A stretch of DNA of 64,000 nucleotides from Elusimicrobia bacterium GWA2_62_23 (lineage in GTDB: Bacteria; Elusimicrobiota; Elusimicrobia; Elusimicrobiales; UBA9959), in assembly GCA_001799635.1 (NCBI GenBank), contig MGTV01000008.1:879-64878 (forward strand), given 5' to 3'. The notes beneath the pieces were generated by a model. That model saw only the letters and a list, made by a program, of their open reading frames with translations. It had not been told where the DNA came from and did not search any database. Both the position numbers and the translations under genes were made by a program. Below, piece by piece: positions 1-8,878 of the stretch (position 1 is the stretch's first letter; every line of letters starts with the position of its first letter).

Positions 1-156
1 TTCTTCGGTTCCGTTTACGGGGTGAGCCTGCTGCTGCTCAGGCGGGCGGACCGCATGTCCCAGATGCCCTTCGGGCCTTTCCTGGCCCTGGGCGCGCTCA
101 TCAACCTCTACTCCCTGGTAAAGCCGGAAGCCTTCTTCGTCCTGGTCCCGTTCTAG
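1..156 (+). CDS. 3' end of a prepilin (type IV leader) peptidase-like membrane protein; 5' end cut by the window edge
   Basis: Frame 1 is open from base 1 to TAG at 154-156. The translation ...RMSQMPFGPFLALGALINLYSL... resembles the conserved C-terminal PFGPFLxxG segment of A24 prepilin peptidases. Confidence 0.5.
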   Translation, partial: FFGSVYGVSLLLLRRADRMSQMPFGPFLALGALINLYSLVKPEAFFVLVPF

Positions 157-241
157 GATCTTTAGGAAGGGGGGGGTCAGCGGGCGGCGGATTTTTTGCT
201 ATACTATAAGTCCTGAAGTGATTTGCTCTCTAAATTGTTCT

Positions 242-325
242 GGTTGGGTGGCTGAGCGGTCAAAAGCAACGGTCTGTAAAACCGTCGGGCCATGCCCTAC
301 ATAGGTTCGAATCCTATCCCAACCA
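242..325 (+). tRNA. tRNA-Tyr (anticodon GTA), long variable arm, no encoded CCA
   Basis: Hand-folded cloverleaf. Acceptor GGTTGGG/CCCAACC, anticodon stem ACGGT/ACCGT with loop CTGTAAA, T arm ATAGG-TTCGAAT-CCTAT. Confidence 0.85.
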
Positions 326-338
326 TTTTTAGTTTTAT

Positions 339-422
339 GCGCGGGTGGCGGAACTGGCAGACGCGCACGGCTCAGGACCGTGTGACCGAAAGGTCTTATG
401 GGTTCAACTCCCTTCCCGCGCA
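339..422 (+). tRNA. tRNA-Leu (anticodon CAG), long variable arm
   Basis: Acceptor GCGCGGG/CCCGCGC, D region GCGGAACTGGCAGACGC, anticodon stem CACGG/CCGTG with loop CTCAGGA, variable arm GACC-GAAA-GGTC. The T arm has one T-T mismatch. Confidence 0.8.
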
Positions 423-431
423 TTAATTTCA

Positions 432-465
432 AAGCCGCGGCTATTTATAGCCGCGGCTTTTTATT
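432..465 (+). terminator. Rho-independent terminator after the tRNA pair
   Basis: Hairpin AGCCGCGGCT-ATTTAT-AGCCGCGGCT followed by TTTTTATTT. Confidence 0.7.
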
Positions 466-698
466 TGCGCGGGAAGCGGGCCATAATTATGGCCCGCGCA
501 GGGAGTTGAAAGCCGGAGCTTCGGGTGGAGCGAAGCGACACAACTCGCCCAGCAGGCCGCAGAAGCGAGGCGGGGCCGCGGCCTCCGAGCGGCGACGGCC
601 GCGAGGAGAGCTGTGGCCAACTCCTTCCTACCTCCCAAAATAGTATAATTTATTCAGGCGGATATTAATAAATCTAATACATCCCTTGGGAGCTTCCT

Positions 699-959
699 AT
701 GTGCCTAGCCGTTCCCGGTAAGATAATTTCCCTCAAGAACAGCAACGCCGAAGTGGATTTCAACGGCGTCAAACGCGCCGTGTCCCTGGACCTGGTGCCG
801 GAGGCGAAAAAGAACGATTACGTGCTGGTCCACGCCGGCTTCGCCATCCAGGTGCTCGAACCTAAAGAGGCGGAAGAGACCCTGAAACTGTTCGCGGAGA
901 TCTACGGCAAAGAGCATAAGGACGCGCTCTCCGGCCCGCTCTCCCACGTAAAACCATGA
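699..959 (+). CDS. hypC: Hydrogenase maturation chaperone HypC/HybG/HupF family
   Basis: N-terminal MCLAVPGKI signature, about 86 aa. The stop overlaps the hypD start (ATGA). Confidence 0.9.
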   Translation: MCLAVPGKIISLKNSNAEVDFNGVKRAVSLDLVPEAKKNDYVLVHAGFAIQVLEPKEAEETLKLFAEIYGKEHKDALSGPLSHVKP

Positions 960-2083
960 AGACCTCGCCCGCCGAACGCTTCGCTTCCCCGCTCTGGCGC
1001 GACCGCGGCCTGGCCGCCTCGGCGCTCGCCGAAATGGAGCGCCTCGTCGCCGCCGCCTCCGCCAAAACCGGCGGTACCGTTAATTTCATGGAAGTCTGCG
1101 GCACTCACACCATGGCCATCGCCGCCAGCGGCATGCGCCGCCTGTTCCCAAAAGGCCTGCGCATGCTGTCCGGCCCCGGCTGCCCCGTCTGCGTGACCTC
1201 GCAGGGGGATATAGATCGGGTGCTCGCCCTGGCCGAGATCCCCGGCGTTATCATAACCACTTTCGGCGACATGATGAAGGTGAAAGGCTCCAAAGGCCTG
1301 GACCTGCATTCCATGCGCGAGAAAGGCGCGGACATCCGCGTGGTCTACTCGCCTCTGGACGCGGTGGACCTCGCCGCGGCGGAACCCTCCCGCCAGGTGG
1401 TCTTCATCGGCGTGGGGTTCGAGACCACGGCTCCGGTCATAGCCGGGGCGGTGGCCCGGGCCAAAAAAGCCGGGCTTAAGAATTTCTCTTCTACTGCTTT
1501 CTTCAAGCTGGTGCCGCCCGCCCTGGAACTGCTCCTCTCCGACCCGGAGAACCGCATTCACGGCTTCATGCTGCCCGGGCATGTCAGCGCCATCATCGGC
1601 CTGGAACCTTACCGGTTCGTGGCCGAGAAGTACAAGGTGCCCTGCGTGGTCACCGGCTTCGAGCCCATGGATATCCTGGCCGGCATCAATATGCTACTGA
1701 AGCAGGTCGTTTCCGGCCGCCCCTCCGTGGAGGACGAGTATTTCCGGGCGGTGAAGGCCAAGGGCAATCCCGCCGCGCAGGCGCTGCTCGCCGAGGTGTT
1801 CAAGGTTTCGGAGGCCTCCTGGCGCGCCATCGGCACCGTCAAGGCCACCGGCCTCGCTTTTTCCAGGGCCTACGAAGCTTTCGACGCCGTAAAGCGTTTT
1901 AATATCCCTTATTCCGACGCGCCCGAACCCAAGGGCTGCCTCTGCGGGCAGATCCTGCTCGGCAAGGCCCTGCCGCCCGACTGCCCGCTCTTCGGCAAGC
2001 GGTGCACGCCGTCCTCGGCGGTAGGCCCCTGCATGGTCTCCTCCGAAGGGGCCTGCGCGGCCTGGTTCAAATACGGCGGCTGA
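956..2083 (+). CDS. hypD: Hydrogenase maturation protein HypD
   Basis: GPGCPVCVT motif, FETTAP motif and C-terminal Cys-rich region. Sits between hypC and hypE. Confidence 0.9.
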   Translation: MKTSPAERFASPLWRDRGLAASALAEMERLVAAASAKTGGTVNFMEVCGTHTMAIAASGMRRLFPKGLRMLSGPGCPVCVTSQGDIDRVLALAEIPGVIITTFGDMMKVKGSKGLDLHSMREKGADIRVVYSPLDAVDLAAAEPSRQVVFIGVGFETTAPVIAGAVARAKKAGLKNFSSTAFFKLVPPALELLLSDPENRIHGFMLPGHVSAIIGLEPYRFVAEKYKVPCVVTGFEPMDILAGINMLLKQVVSGRPSVEDEYFRAVKAKGNPAAQALLAEVFKVSEASWRAIGTVKATGLAFSRAYEAFDAVKRFNIPYSDAPEPKGCLCGQILLGKALPPDCPLFGKRCTPSSAVGPCMVSSEGACAAWFKYGG

Positions 2084-2099
2084 CGCCCCGCTAAACCCT

Positions 2100-3008
2100 A
2101 TGAACATAGAAACCTTAAAGGTCTTCCGGGACCTCTCGGATACCGGCAGTTTCTCCAAGACAGCCGAGCTCAACTACATCTCCCAATCCGCGGTGAGCCA
2201 GCAGATCAAGAAACTGGAACGCGTGCTGAAATGCAAGCTGTACCACCGGCAGGCCGGCAAGATCCTGCTGACCCCCTGCGGGGACAAGTTCTACGCCGCC
2301 GCGCGCCGCATCTCCGGGCTTTACGACGGGGCGCTCAAGTCCATCCGGGCCCTGGGCACCGAACGCCCCCAGGACGAGATCAAGATCTCCACCATCTACA
2401 GCGCGGGAGTCTACGTGATCCAGGACTACGTGCGCCAGTTCCTGGCCAGGAACCCCGGCACCAAGGTGAGCGTGGAATACCGCCAGTTCTCCCAGATCTA
2501 TCCCGACGTGACCAGCGGCCGCGCGGATTTCGGGTTCATGGCCTGCCCCTACCGCAAGTCCGCGGGCCTGGCCATGCTGCCCGTGGCCAAGGACGAGATG
2601 GTGGTCATAGCCGGCTCCGCCTCGCCCCTGGCCGGCCGCAAGAGCGTGGGCGTGAAGGAACTCGACGGCCTGGATTTCATCTTCTTCGACCGCGCCTTCC
2701 CGTCCCGGCGCTACATAGACGCCTTCCTGCGCCGCCACGGGGTCAAGGGCCGCGTGCGCATGGAGCTGGACAACATCGACACCATCAAGACGGCGGTGGC
2801 CTCGGGGGCGGGCATCTCCATCCTGCCCCGCTCGGCGGTGCGCGACGACGAGAACGGCGTAAGCCTGCACGTCCTGCGCCTGGCCGACGCGCAGTTCCTG
2901 CGGCCCATCTACCTGATCTATAACCGCTCACGCAAGCTGAGCCCTTCGGCGAAAAGCTTCATGGGCATTTTCGACGCGCCCAAGAAGATCCCCGCGGGGA
3001 GGTGCTGA
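2100..3008 (+). CDS. LysR-family transcriptional regulator
   Basis: N-terminal HTH (FSKTAELNYISQSAVSQQIKKLE) plus a LysR substrate-binding-like C-terminus, 302 aa. Confidence 0.85.
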   Translation: MNIETLKVFRDLSDTGSFSKTAELNYISQSAVSQQIKKLERVLKCKLYHRQAGKILLTPCGDKFYAAARRISGLYDGALKSIRALGTERPQDEIKISTIYSAGVYVIQDYVRQFLARNPGTKVSVEYRQFSQIYPDVTSGRADFGFMACPYRKSAGLAMLPVAKDEMVVIAGSASPLAGRKSVGVKELDGLDFIFFDRAFPSRRYIDAFLRRHGVKGRVRMELDNIDTIKTAVASGAGISILPRSAVRDDENGVSLHVLRLADAQFLRPIYLIYNRSRKLSPSAKSFMGIFDAPKKIPAGRC

Positions 3009-3010
3009 CC

Positions 3011-4021
3011 ATGGCGGAATTCACCAAAGTGCTCCTGGGGCACGGCAGCGGCGGCCGCCTGAGCCGCGACCTGGTGGAACAGGTTTTCCTTAAAGGTTTC
3101 TCCAACGCGGCGCTCGCCCCGCTGGAGGACGCCGCCGAACTGACGCTGGGCGGAGCGCGCCTGGCCTTCACTACCGATTCCTACGTGGTTACCCCGGTGG
3201 AATTCCCCGGCGCGGACATAGGCCGCGTGGCGGTCTGCGGCACGGTCAACGACCTCGCCGTTAAGGGCGCCGTACCGGCCGCGCTTTCCGCCGGCTTCAT
3301 CCTGGAGGAAGGCTTTCCCGCCGCTCTGCTCAGGCGCATAGTCGCTTCCATGCGGCAGGCGGCCAAAGAAGCCGGGGTGGAGATAGTCACCGGCGACACC
3401 AAGGTGGTGGAGAAGGGCAAGGCCGACGGGATCTTCATCAACACTTCCGGCGTGGGCCTGATACCCAAAGGCCGCTCGCTCACCTCCGCCGCGGTAAAGC
3501 CGGGCGACGTGATAATAGTCAGCGGCAATTTGGCCGAGCACGGCGTGGCCGTGATGAACGCCCGCAATAAGCTGGGGCTGGAGGGCGGCATAAAGAGCGA
3601 CGCCGTCCCGCTCAACGGCCTCATAGCCGCGGCCCTCAGGACTCCGGGCGTGCGCGCCATCCGCGATATTACCCGCGGCGGGCTCGCCACCGTGCTCAAC
3701 GAGGTTTCTGGCGCCTGCGGCCTCTCGGCCGAGCTGGAAGAGGACGCGGTCCCGGTCTCTCCCGCCGCGCGCAACGCCTGCGCCCTGCTGGGCCTGGACC
3801 CCATGTACGTGGCCAATGAGGGGAAAATAGTTCTTTTCGTCTCCCCGGCCGCGGCTCCCGGGGTGCTCAAAGCTCTGCGCGCCCATAAATACGGCCGCCG
3901 CGCCGCCGCGGTAGGCGCGATGCTGAAGGAAAAGAAGCCGCAGGTTCGCCTGCGCACCGGCATCGGCGGCTCGCGGATAATGCTGATGCTCGAGGGGGAA
4001 CAGCTGCCGCGCATCTGCTGA
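3011..4021 (+). CDS. hypE: Hydrogenase maturation protein HypE (carbamoyl dehydratase)
   Basis: AIR-synthase-like fold motifs and the diagnostic C-terminal PRIC. I prefer ATG 3011 (GGGGAGG Shine-Dalgarno 9 nt upstream) over the track's GTG 3002. Confidence 0.9.
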   Translation: MAEFTKVLLGHGSGGRLSRDLVEQVFLKGFSNAALAPLEDAAELTLGGARLAFTTDSYVVTPVEFPGADIGRVAVCGTVNDLAVKGAVPAALSAGFILEEGFPAALLRRIVASMRQAAKEAGVEIVTGDTKVVEKGKADGIFINTSGVGLIPKGRSLTSAAVKPGDVIIVSGNLAEHGVAVMNARNKLGLEGGIKSDAVPLNGLIAAALRTPGVRAIRDITRGGLATVLNEVSGACGLSAELEEDAVPVSPAARNACALLGLDPMYVANEGKIVLFVSPAAAPGVLKALRAHKYGRRAAAVGAMLKEKKPQVRLRTGIGGSRIMLMLEGEQLPRIC

Positions 4022-4022
4022 T

Positions 4023-4832
4023 ATGAGAAAAGTCCTGCTCTGGCTGTTGAGCTTCTTAATAACCGCCTCTTTTGCCGTCTACCAGCGCGCGACCGGGCCC
4101 ACCTACCCCGTGAAAGGGGGGAAGGTGGAGGGCTCCGGCATCTATTACTACCGCCTGCCGCGCAGCTGCACTTCGGGCGCCAACGACTGCCTCGTCAACG
4201 TCAGCTCCCTCGAACCGGCCGCCGGGCGGCTGGAGTGGCGCCGCTACAAGACCGGCGAACCTTTTACCAGCGTCCCCCTAGAGTTCAAGAACGAACGCCT
4301 CTTCTTCTACCTGCCGCCGCAGCCGCCGGCCGGCAAGCTGGAATACCGCGTCTTCGTGAAGACCGCGCAGGGGGAAACGGAACTGACCTCAAAACCCCTC
4401 GTGGCCCGCTTTAAGGGCGCGGTGCCGGGCTGGATCCTCACGCCGCACATCGTCCTCATGTTCCTGTTCATGCTTTTCTCGGTGCGCATCTTCCTGACGG
4501 CGGCTTTCGGCGCGCCGCCGGTGCGGCATTCCGTGCCCGCCACCTTCCTCTTCCTGCTCCTGGGCGGTTTCGTCTTCGGGCCGGCCACGCAGTATTACGC
4601 CTTCGGGGCTGCCTGGACCGGTTTCCCTTTCGGTTACGACCTTACCGACAACAAGACGCTGCTCATGCTCCTGGCCTGGCTGCCTGCTTTGTGGGCCGTG
4701 CTGAAAGAGCGCCCGGCGCGCCTGTGGCTTAACCTCGCTTTCGCGGTGACCGCCGCCGTGTACCTGGTGCCTCACAGCCTGTTCGGCAGCGAACTGGATT
4801 ACAAGAAAGGCGAAGTGGTGACCGGTAAATAA
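4023..4832 (+). CDS. Hypothetical membrane protein (N-terminal signal/anchor, extracytoplasmic domain, about 4 C-terminal TM helices)
   Basis: ORF packed tightly between hypE and hypF. Hydrophobic segments are readable in the translation. No family recognised. Confidence 0.6.
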   Translation: MRKVLLWLLSFLITASFAVYQRATGPTYPVKGGKVEGSGIYYYRLPRSCTSGANDCLVNVSSLEPAAGRLEWRRYKTGEPFTSVPLEFKNERLFFYLPPQPPAGKLEYRVFVKTAQGETELTSKPLVARFKGAVPGWILTPHIVLMFLFMLFSVRIFLTAAFGAPPVRHSVPATFLFLLLGGFVFGPATQYYAFGAAWTGFPFGYDLTDNKTLLMLLAWLPALWAVLKERPARLWLNLAFAVTAAVYLVPHSLFGSELDYKKGEVVTGK

Positions 4833-7133
4833 ATGCCTCTCCCCGTAAGGAAGAAAATACTCGTCAAAGGCGTGGTGCAGGGCGTGGGTTTCCGCCCGCA
4901 CGTCTATAAACTCGCTGCAGGGCGCCGCCTGGCCGGCTGGGTGAAGAACGACGCCGCCGGCGTGACCATAGAGGCCGAGGGGCCGCCGGCCGAAGTGGCC
5001 GCGTTCATAAAGGAACTCTCCTCCCGCCGGCCCGCCGCCGCCCGCATAGATTCCGTAGCCGTTTCCCCGGCCCGCCCCAAAGGCGGGAAGGTTTTTCTCA
5101 TAACCAAAAGCGGGGGGAAAGTTCCCGCCGCGGCCATCATCCCGGCCGACCTCGCCCTCTGCGCCGACTGCCGCGCGGAAATGCTGAACCCCGCCGACCG
5201 GCGCTACCTGTATCCCTTTACCAACTGCACCAACTGCGGTCCGCGCTTTACCATAGTTGAGAGCGTGCCTTACGACCGCCCTTATACCACCATGGCGGGC
5301 TTTAAGATGTGCCCAAGCTGCCTGAAGGAATACAAGGACCCGCTCGACCGCCGCTTTCACGCCCAGCCTAACGCCTGCCCGGTCTGCGGCCCGGCGGTGA
5401 AGCTCTCCTTCTCCGGTAAAACCCTCTCCGGCCCGGCCGCGCTGGAGAAGACCGCGGCCCTGCTCCTGGCCGGGCGCATAGGCGCGCTGCAGAGCCTGGG
5501 CGGCTTCCACCTGGCCTGCCGCGCCGACAGGCCTGCCGCGGTAAAAGCCCTGCGGGCGGCCAAACGCCGGCCCCATAAACCTTTCGCGGTAATGCTGCCC
5601 TCTTTGGCGTCGGCGGAAAAATATTGTTTTATTTCGGCGGCGGAAGCCGCCGCGCTGGCCTCCGCCGAGGCCCCGGTAGTGATGCTGCGCCGCCGCGGCA
5701 CGGTTTTCGGCGAACCCGCGCCCGGCCTCGCCCGCCTCGGCGTGATGCTGCCCTATACCCCGCTGCACGCTGCCCTGTTCGCCGTGCTGGCGCGCGAAGG
5801 TTTCGCCGGAGCGCTGGTGATGACCTCCGGCAATTTCCGCGACGAACCCATCTGCAAGGACGCTCCCGACGTCAAGGCGCGCCTGGCCGGGGTGGCGGCC
5901 TTCTCCCTTTTTCATAACCGGCCCATCCACAACCGGACCGACGATTCGGTAACTTTCGAGGCGGCGGGTGAAATGCGTCTGGCACGCCGCGCGCGCGGTT
6001 ATGTGCCTGGCGCCGTGAAACTTCCGGCGGGTGGGGGCTCCGTGCTGGCCTGCGGCGCCGACCTGAAGAACGCCTTCTGCCTGACGCGCGGCGGCGAAGC
6101 TTTCCTCTCCCAACATATTGGGGACCTTTCCGAGCCGCTCAATCAGGATTTCTTCCGCGAGACGCTGGGCAACCTGAAAGGCCTGCTCAAGGTCTCGCCG
6201 TCCGTGGTCGCGCACGACCTGCACCCGGATTACGCGTCTTCCGCCATCGCGCGCTCCCTGCCCGGAAAGAAACTGGCGGTGCAGCATCACGCCGCGCATA
6301 TTTTGAGCGTGGCGGCCGAACACGGCCTCACCGGCTCTTTCTTAGGAGTGGCCCTGGACGGCACCGGCTACGGCCCCGACGGCGCCATCTGGGGCTCTGA
6401 ATTCCTGCTCTTCTCCGGTAAGACCTGGCGGCGGGCCGGACATCTTAAATATTTCGGCCTGCCCGGGGGCGACATAGGCGCTTTGGAGATCTGGCGGCCC
6501 GCCCTTTCCCTCGTCAAGCAGGCTTATGGGCCCGGCTGGCGCAGTGAGGCCGCCCGCGTCTTTAAAGGCGTGCCCGCTGCCAAACTGCTTACGGTGGAGC
6601 GCATGCTGGACGCGGGTTTGAATTCCCCGAAGACCAGCAGCATGGGCCGCCTCTTCGACGCTTTCAGCTTTATCGCCGGTCTGCGCGCCGAAGCTACTTA
6701 CGAGGCCCAAGGCCCCATGGAACTGGAGAGCCTGCTGGCCGGCCGCGCCGCTAAACCCTACCTTTTCGCCGTGAGTGGCGGCCCAAGCATGGAGATAAAC
6801 CCCTCGCCGGCGGTCAAAGAGGCCGTAGCGGACCGCCTCGCGGGCCGTTCGGCCGCCCACATCTCCGGCCGGTTCCACGCCGGGATAGTCCGCGCCGTTT
6901 CTTGCGCCGCCGCTGCGGCGGCCGGCGGGGCCGGGGTGCGGGACGTCTGCCTCTCCGGAGGGGTTTTTCAGAACCGGGCCCTGCTCGAAGGCGTGACCGC
7001 GGCGCTGGCTAAAGAAGGTTTTAGGGTCTATTCCAACCGCCTGGTGCCCGCCAACGACGGCGGCATAGCGCTGGGCCAAGCCTGGTACGCCCTCAGTGGA
7101 TATAGAGAGGGGACGTTCATTCCTAATTCCTAA
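4833..7133 (+). CDS. hypF: Carbamoyltransferase HypF
   Basis: Acylphosphatase-like N-terminus (VKGVVQGVGFRP), two paired CxxC zinc-finger motifs (CADC..CTNCGPRF; CPSC..CPVCGP), YrdC-like and Kae1-like domains, 766 aa. Confidence 0.92.
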   Translation: MPLPVRKKILVKGVVQGVGFRPHVYKLAAGRRLAGWVKNDAAGVTIEAEGPPAEVAAFIKELSSRRPAAARIDSVAVSPARPKGGKVFLITKSGGKVPAAAIIPADLALCADCRAEMLNPADRRYLYPFTNCTNCGPRFTIVESVPYDRPYTTMAGFKMCPSCLKEYKDPLDRRFHAQPNACPVCGPAVKLSFSGKTLSGPAALEKTAALLLAGRIGALQSLGGFHLACRADRPAAVKALRAAKRRPHKPFAVMLPSLASAEKYCFISAAEAAALASAEAPVVMLRRRGTVFGEPAPGLARLGVMLPYTPLHAALFAVLAREGFAGALVMTSGNFRDEPICKDAPDVKARLAGVAAFSLFHNRPIHNRTDDSVTFEAAGEMRLARRARGYVPGAVKLPAGGGSVLACGADLKNAFCLTRGGEAFLSQHIGDLSEPLNQDFFRETLGNLKGLLKVSPSVVAHDLHPDYASSAIARSLPGKKLAVQHHAAHILSVAAEHGLTGSFLGVALDGTGYGPDGAIWGSEFLLFSGKTWRRAGHLKYFGLPGGDIGALEIWRPALSLVKQAYGPGWRSEAARVFKGVPAAKLLTVERMLDAGLNSPKTSSMGRLFDAFSFIAGLRAEATYEAQGPMELESLLAGRAAKPYLFAVSGGPSMEINPSPAVKEAVADRLAGRSAAHISGRFHAGIVRAVSCAAAAAAGGAGVRDVCLSGGVFQNRALLEGVTAALAKEGFRVYSNRLVPANDGGIALGQAWYALSGYREGTFIPNS

Positions 7134-7201
7134 TTGTGATCCCGATCCGTCTTCGCGGGGCGTTGACAGGTTCAATTAGGAATTAGGAATGAACGTCCCC
7201 T
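7108..7201. repeat. 28-bp perfect inverted repeat (arms 7108-7135 and 7174-7201, 38-nt spacer) spanning the hypF stop codon
   Basis: The left arm AGGGGACGTTCATTCCTAATTCCTAATT is the exact reverse complement of the right arm AATTAGGAATTAGGAATGAACGTCCCCT. Each arm contains a TTCCTAA tandem. Confidence 0.85.
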
Positions 7202-7212
7202 ATAACACAAAT

Positions 7213-7246
7213 AAAAGGCCCCTCTCTTGAGGGGCCTTTTATTTTT
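7213..7246. terminator. Bidirectional rho-independent terminator between convergent hypF and the C11 peptidase gene
   Basis: AAAAGGCCCCTC-TCTT-GAGGGGCCTTTT hairpin flanked by A and T tracts. Confidence 0.75.
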
Positions 7247-7269
7247 ACTTTCGGAATTTTGCGAACTTG

Positions 7270-8676
7270 TTATTTCGCGGTCAGCCACTTTGTGAACTCG
7301 TCCCACTTGCCTTCCTTGGCCCAGGCCAGCTCGTCGTAGTCGGCCTCGTAGCTGTAGGTGGGCAGGTAAGCGGCCACGCCGTAGACCTTCTTGAACTTCT
7401 CGCCGGTCACGCCGTTGTCCACTATGACCTTGTTGTAGAGGTGGTTCATCACCGCCACGGTCCTGGTCTTGAGCGCGCGCGACTTGGTTTTGCCGTGCAC
7501 GTTCTCCATGAAGTGGATGAGGTCGCGCGAACCCGCGCCGCCGAAGGCGGTGGCGCCGGAGAGGGCTTCCTTCACCATGACCTTGTCTTCCTTCATGGCG
7601 AGCTCGGCCCACTGGTCCAGCAGGTTCTTGAAGGTGGCCAGGCCCGAGGTGCGCAGCGCGCTCTGGGTGGCGGCGGTGCCCTGCTCGGCGTAGAAGGCCT
7701 TGTAGCCCTGCACGGCGGCCGCGGCCATCACTTCGGACTTGAGGTTGCCGGAGTTGGCGTGCACCCGGGAGAGGAAGTAGTCGTAGGCCCAACCGTCTCC
7801 GGGTTCGTTCTCTTCGGAGCCCACGGTGAACTTGGCGGCGTCCTTGAGCTCGTAAGCCACTTCGGCCATCTGCATCAGGCAGGCGTCGGAAGCGTAGATC
7901 TCAACGCCGCCCATCTCGCGCACGGCGCGGCCCAGGTTGACCGTGCTGATGCCGTTGCCGGTCTCGTCGTCATAGGAGATGCCCTTGAGCACGGGCTGGC
8001 CGAAGGCCTTGTTCTTCCAGCCGTCGCCGTGGTTCCACACCACCAGCATGTACTTCTTGGCCGGGTAGGCGGTCTTGGCCCATTTGCCGAATTCCACGAG
8101 CTGCTTGTAGTCGCCCATGTCCACGGTGCCCAGGTCGGCGAGCAGCTTGGAGGAGAGGGACCCGTTCTCGCCGTCCTTGGTCACTTCGTAGCGGCGCACG
8201 CCGACCCAGTCGGTGGAGGCGTCCTTGACGGTGGTGACCCGCTTACCGAGCATCATGGGCGGCATGCCGCCCCAGTAAGGGTTGGGCCAGCCGGGATGCG
8301 GTACCGTGGGGCCGTAGGGGTAATCGTCGTACCCGCCGCCGGGATAGCCGGGGTAGGAGGGGGCGGATTCCTTCATGCGGGCGGCCTGCGTCACTATGTT
8401 GATGTTGGCGGTGGGGCCGTACACTTCCATCTCGTTCATGTCCTCGATGACGTATTCCGAGAGGTTGTTCTTGCCGTTCATGAAGACCATGATGGTCCAT
8501 TCTTTGAGGACCCTGGCGTCCTGGGGAGCGCCCGGGAGGGGGGCGGAGACTTCGGACTTCTTGGCCTCGGCCACTAGTTCCCTGACGGAAGGAAGGGTGT
8601 CGAAGTCCAGGGCGGCGGCGGGGGCGGCCAGAAAGGCCGACGCCAGCAGCAGCCTGCTGAGGTTCAGTTTTTTCAT
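7270..8676 (-). CDS. Secreted clostripain-family (C11) cysteine peptidase
   Basis: Signal peptide MKKLNLSRLLLASAFLAAPAAA, WTIMVFMNGKNNLS motif, His motif WNHGDGW, Cys motif ASDACLM. I trimmed the start to ATG 8676, which has an AAGGAGAA Shine-Dalgarno. The track's 9003 start adds an implausible 109 aa. Confidence 0.8.
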   Translation of the reverse strand: MKKLNLSRLLLASAFLAAPAAALDFDTLPSVRELVAEAKKSEVSAPLPGAPQDARVLKEWTIMVFMNGKNNLSEYVIEDMNEMEVYGPTANINIVTQAARMKESAPSYPGYPGGGYDDYPYGPTVPHPGWPNPYWGGMPPMMLGKRVTTVKDASTDWVGVRRYEVTKDGENGSLSSKLLADLGTVDMGDYKQLVEFGKWAKTAYPAKKYMLVVWNHGDGWKNKAFGQPVLKGISYDDETGNGISTVNLGRAVREMGGVEIYASDACLMQMAEVAYELKDAAKFTVGSEENEPGDGWAYDYFLSRVHANSGNLKSEVMAAAAVQGYKAFYAEQGTAATQSALRTSGLATFKNLLDQWAELAMKEDKVMVKEALSGATAFGGAGSRDLIHFMENVHGKTKSRALKTRTVAVMNHLYNKVIVDNGVTGEKFKKVYGVAAYLPTYSYEADYDELAWAKEGKWDEFTKWLTAK

Positions 8677-8812
8677 TAAGTTCTCCTTAACGCAATGATA
8701 GAACGGCACAAGTAGATAATATCCTAATGCCGGAGCCTTGATATGGGCCGCAGGTCCCGGCGGCGGATAGTTTTTTGGCCTATCCCGGCGGGGGACTTTA
8801 GGCCTACGACTT

Positions 8813-8859
8813 CGGTCAAGCCGCGGCGCTTGACCGAGTGGGGCGCGTTGTGTTACTAT
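8813..8859 (+). promoter_or_regulatory. Putative sigma70-type promoter of nikR with an overlapping 9-bp-arm inverted repeat
   Basis: TTGACC (8830-8835), a 17-18 nt spacer, then TACTAT. The palindrome CGGTCAAGC-N6-GCTTGACCG (8813-8836) overlaps the -35 element. Confidence 0.4.
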
Positions 8860-8878
8860 TTCTGTAAAGGTGACACAA

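Noticed and set aside
199-643. ORFs 199-432(-), 398-643(+) and 441-638(-)
   Set aside because: They overlap the two tRNA genes, their terminator and a palindromic spacer. Translations are Arg/Pro-rich with no motifs.
902-3886. Antisense and off-frame ORFs over hypD, LysR and hypE (902-1582, 2115-2870, 2231-2923, 2918-3886, 3181-4014)
   Set aside because: All overlap strongly supported sense genes, and their translations are low-complexity.
4389-6323. 644-aa minus-strand ORF antisense to hypF and the upstream membrane protein gene
   Set aside because: The sense strand encodes an unmistakable HypF. The antisense translation is Arg/Gly/Ala-rich with no motifs. This is a GC-rich antisense artefact.
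7172-8577. ORFs 7172-7792(-) and 7267-8577(+) overlapping the C11 peptidase gene
   Set aside because: They are off-frame or antisense to a gene with clear catalytic motifs, and their translations are low-complexity.
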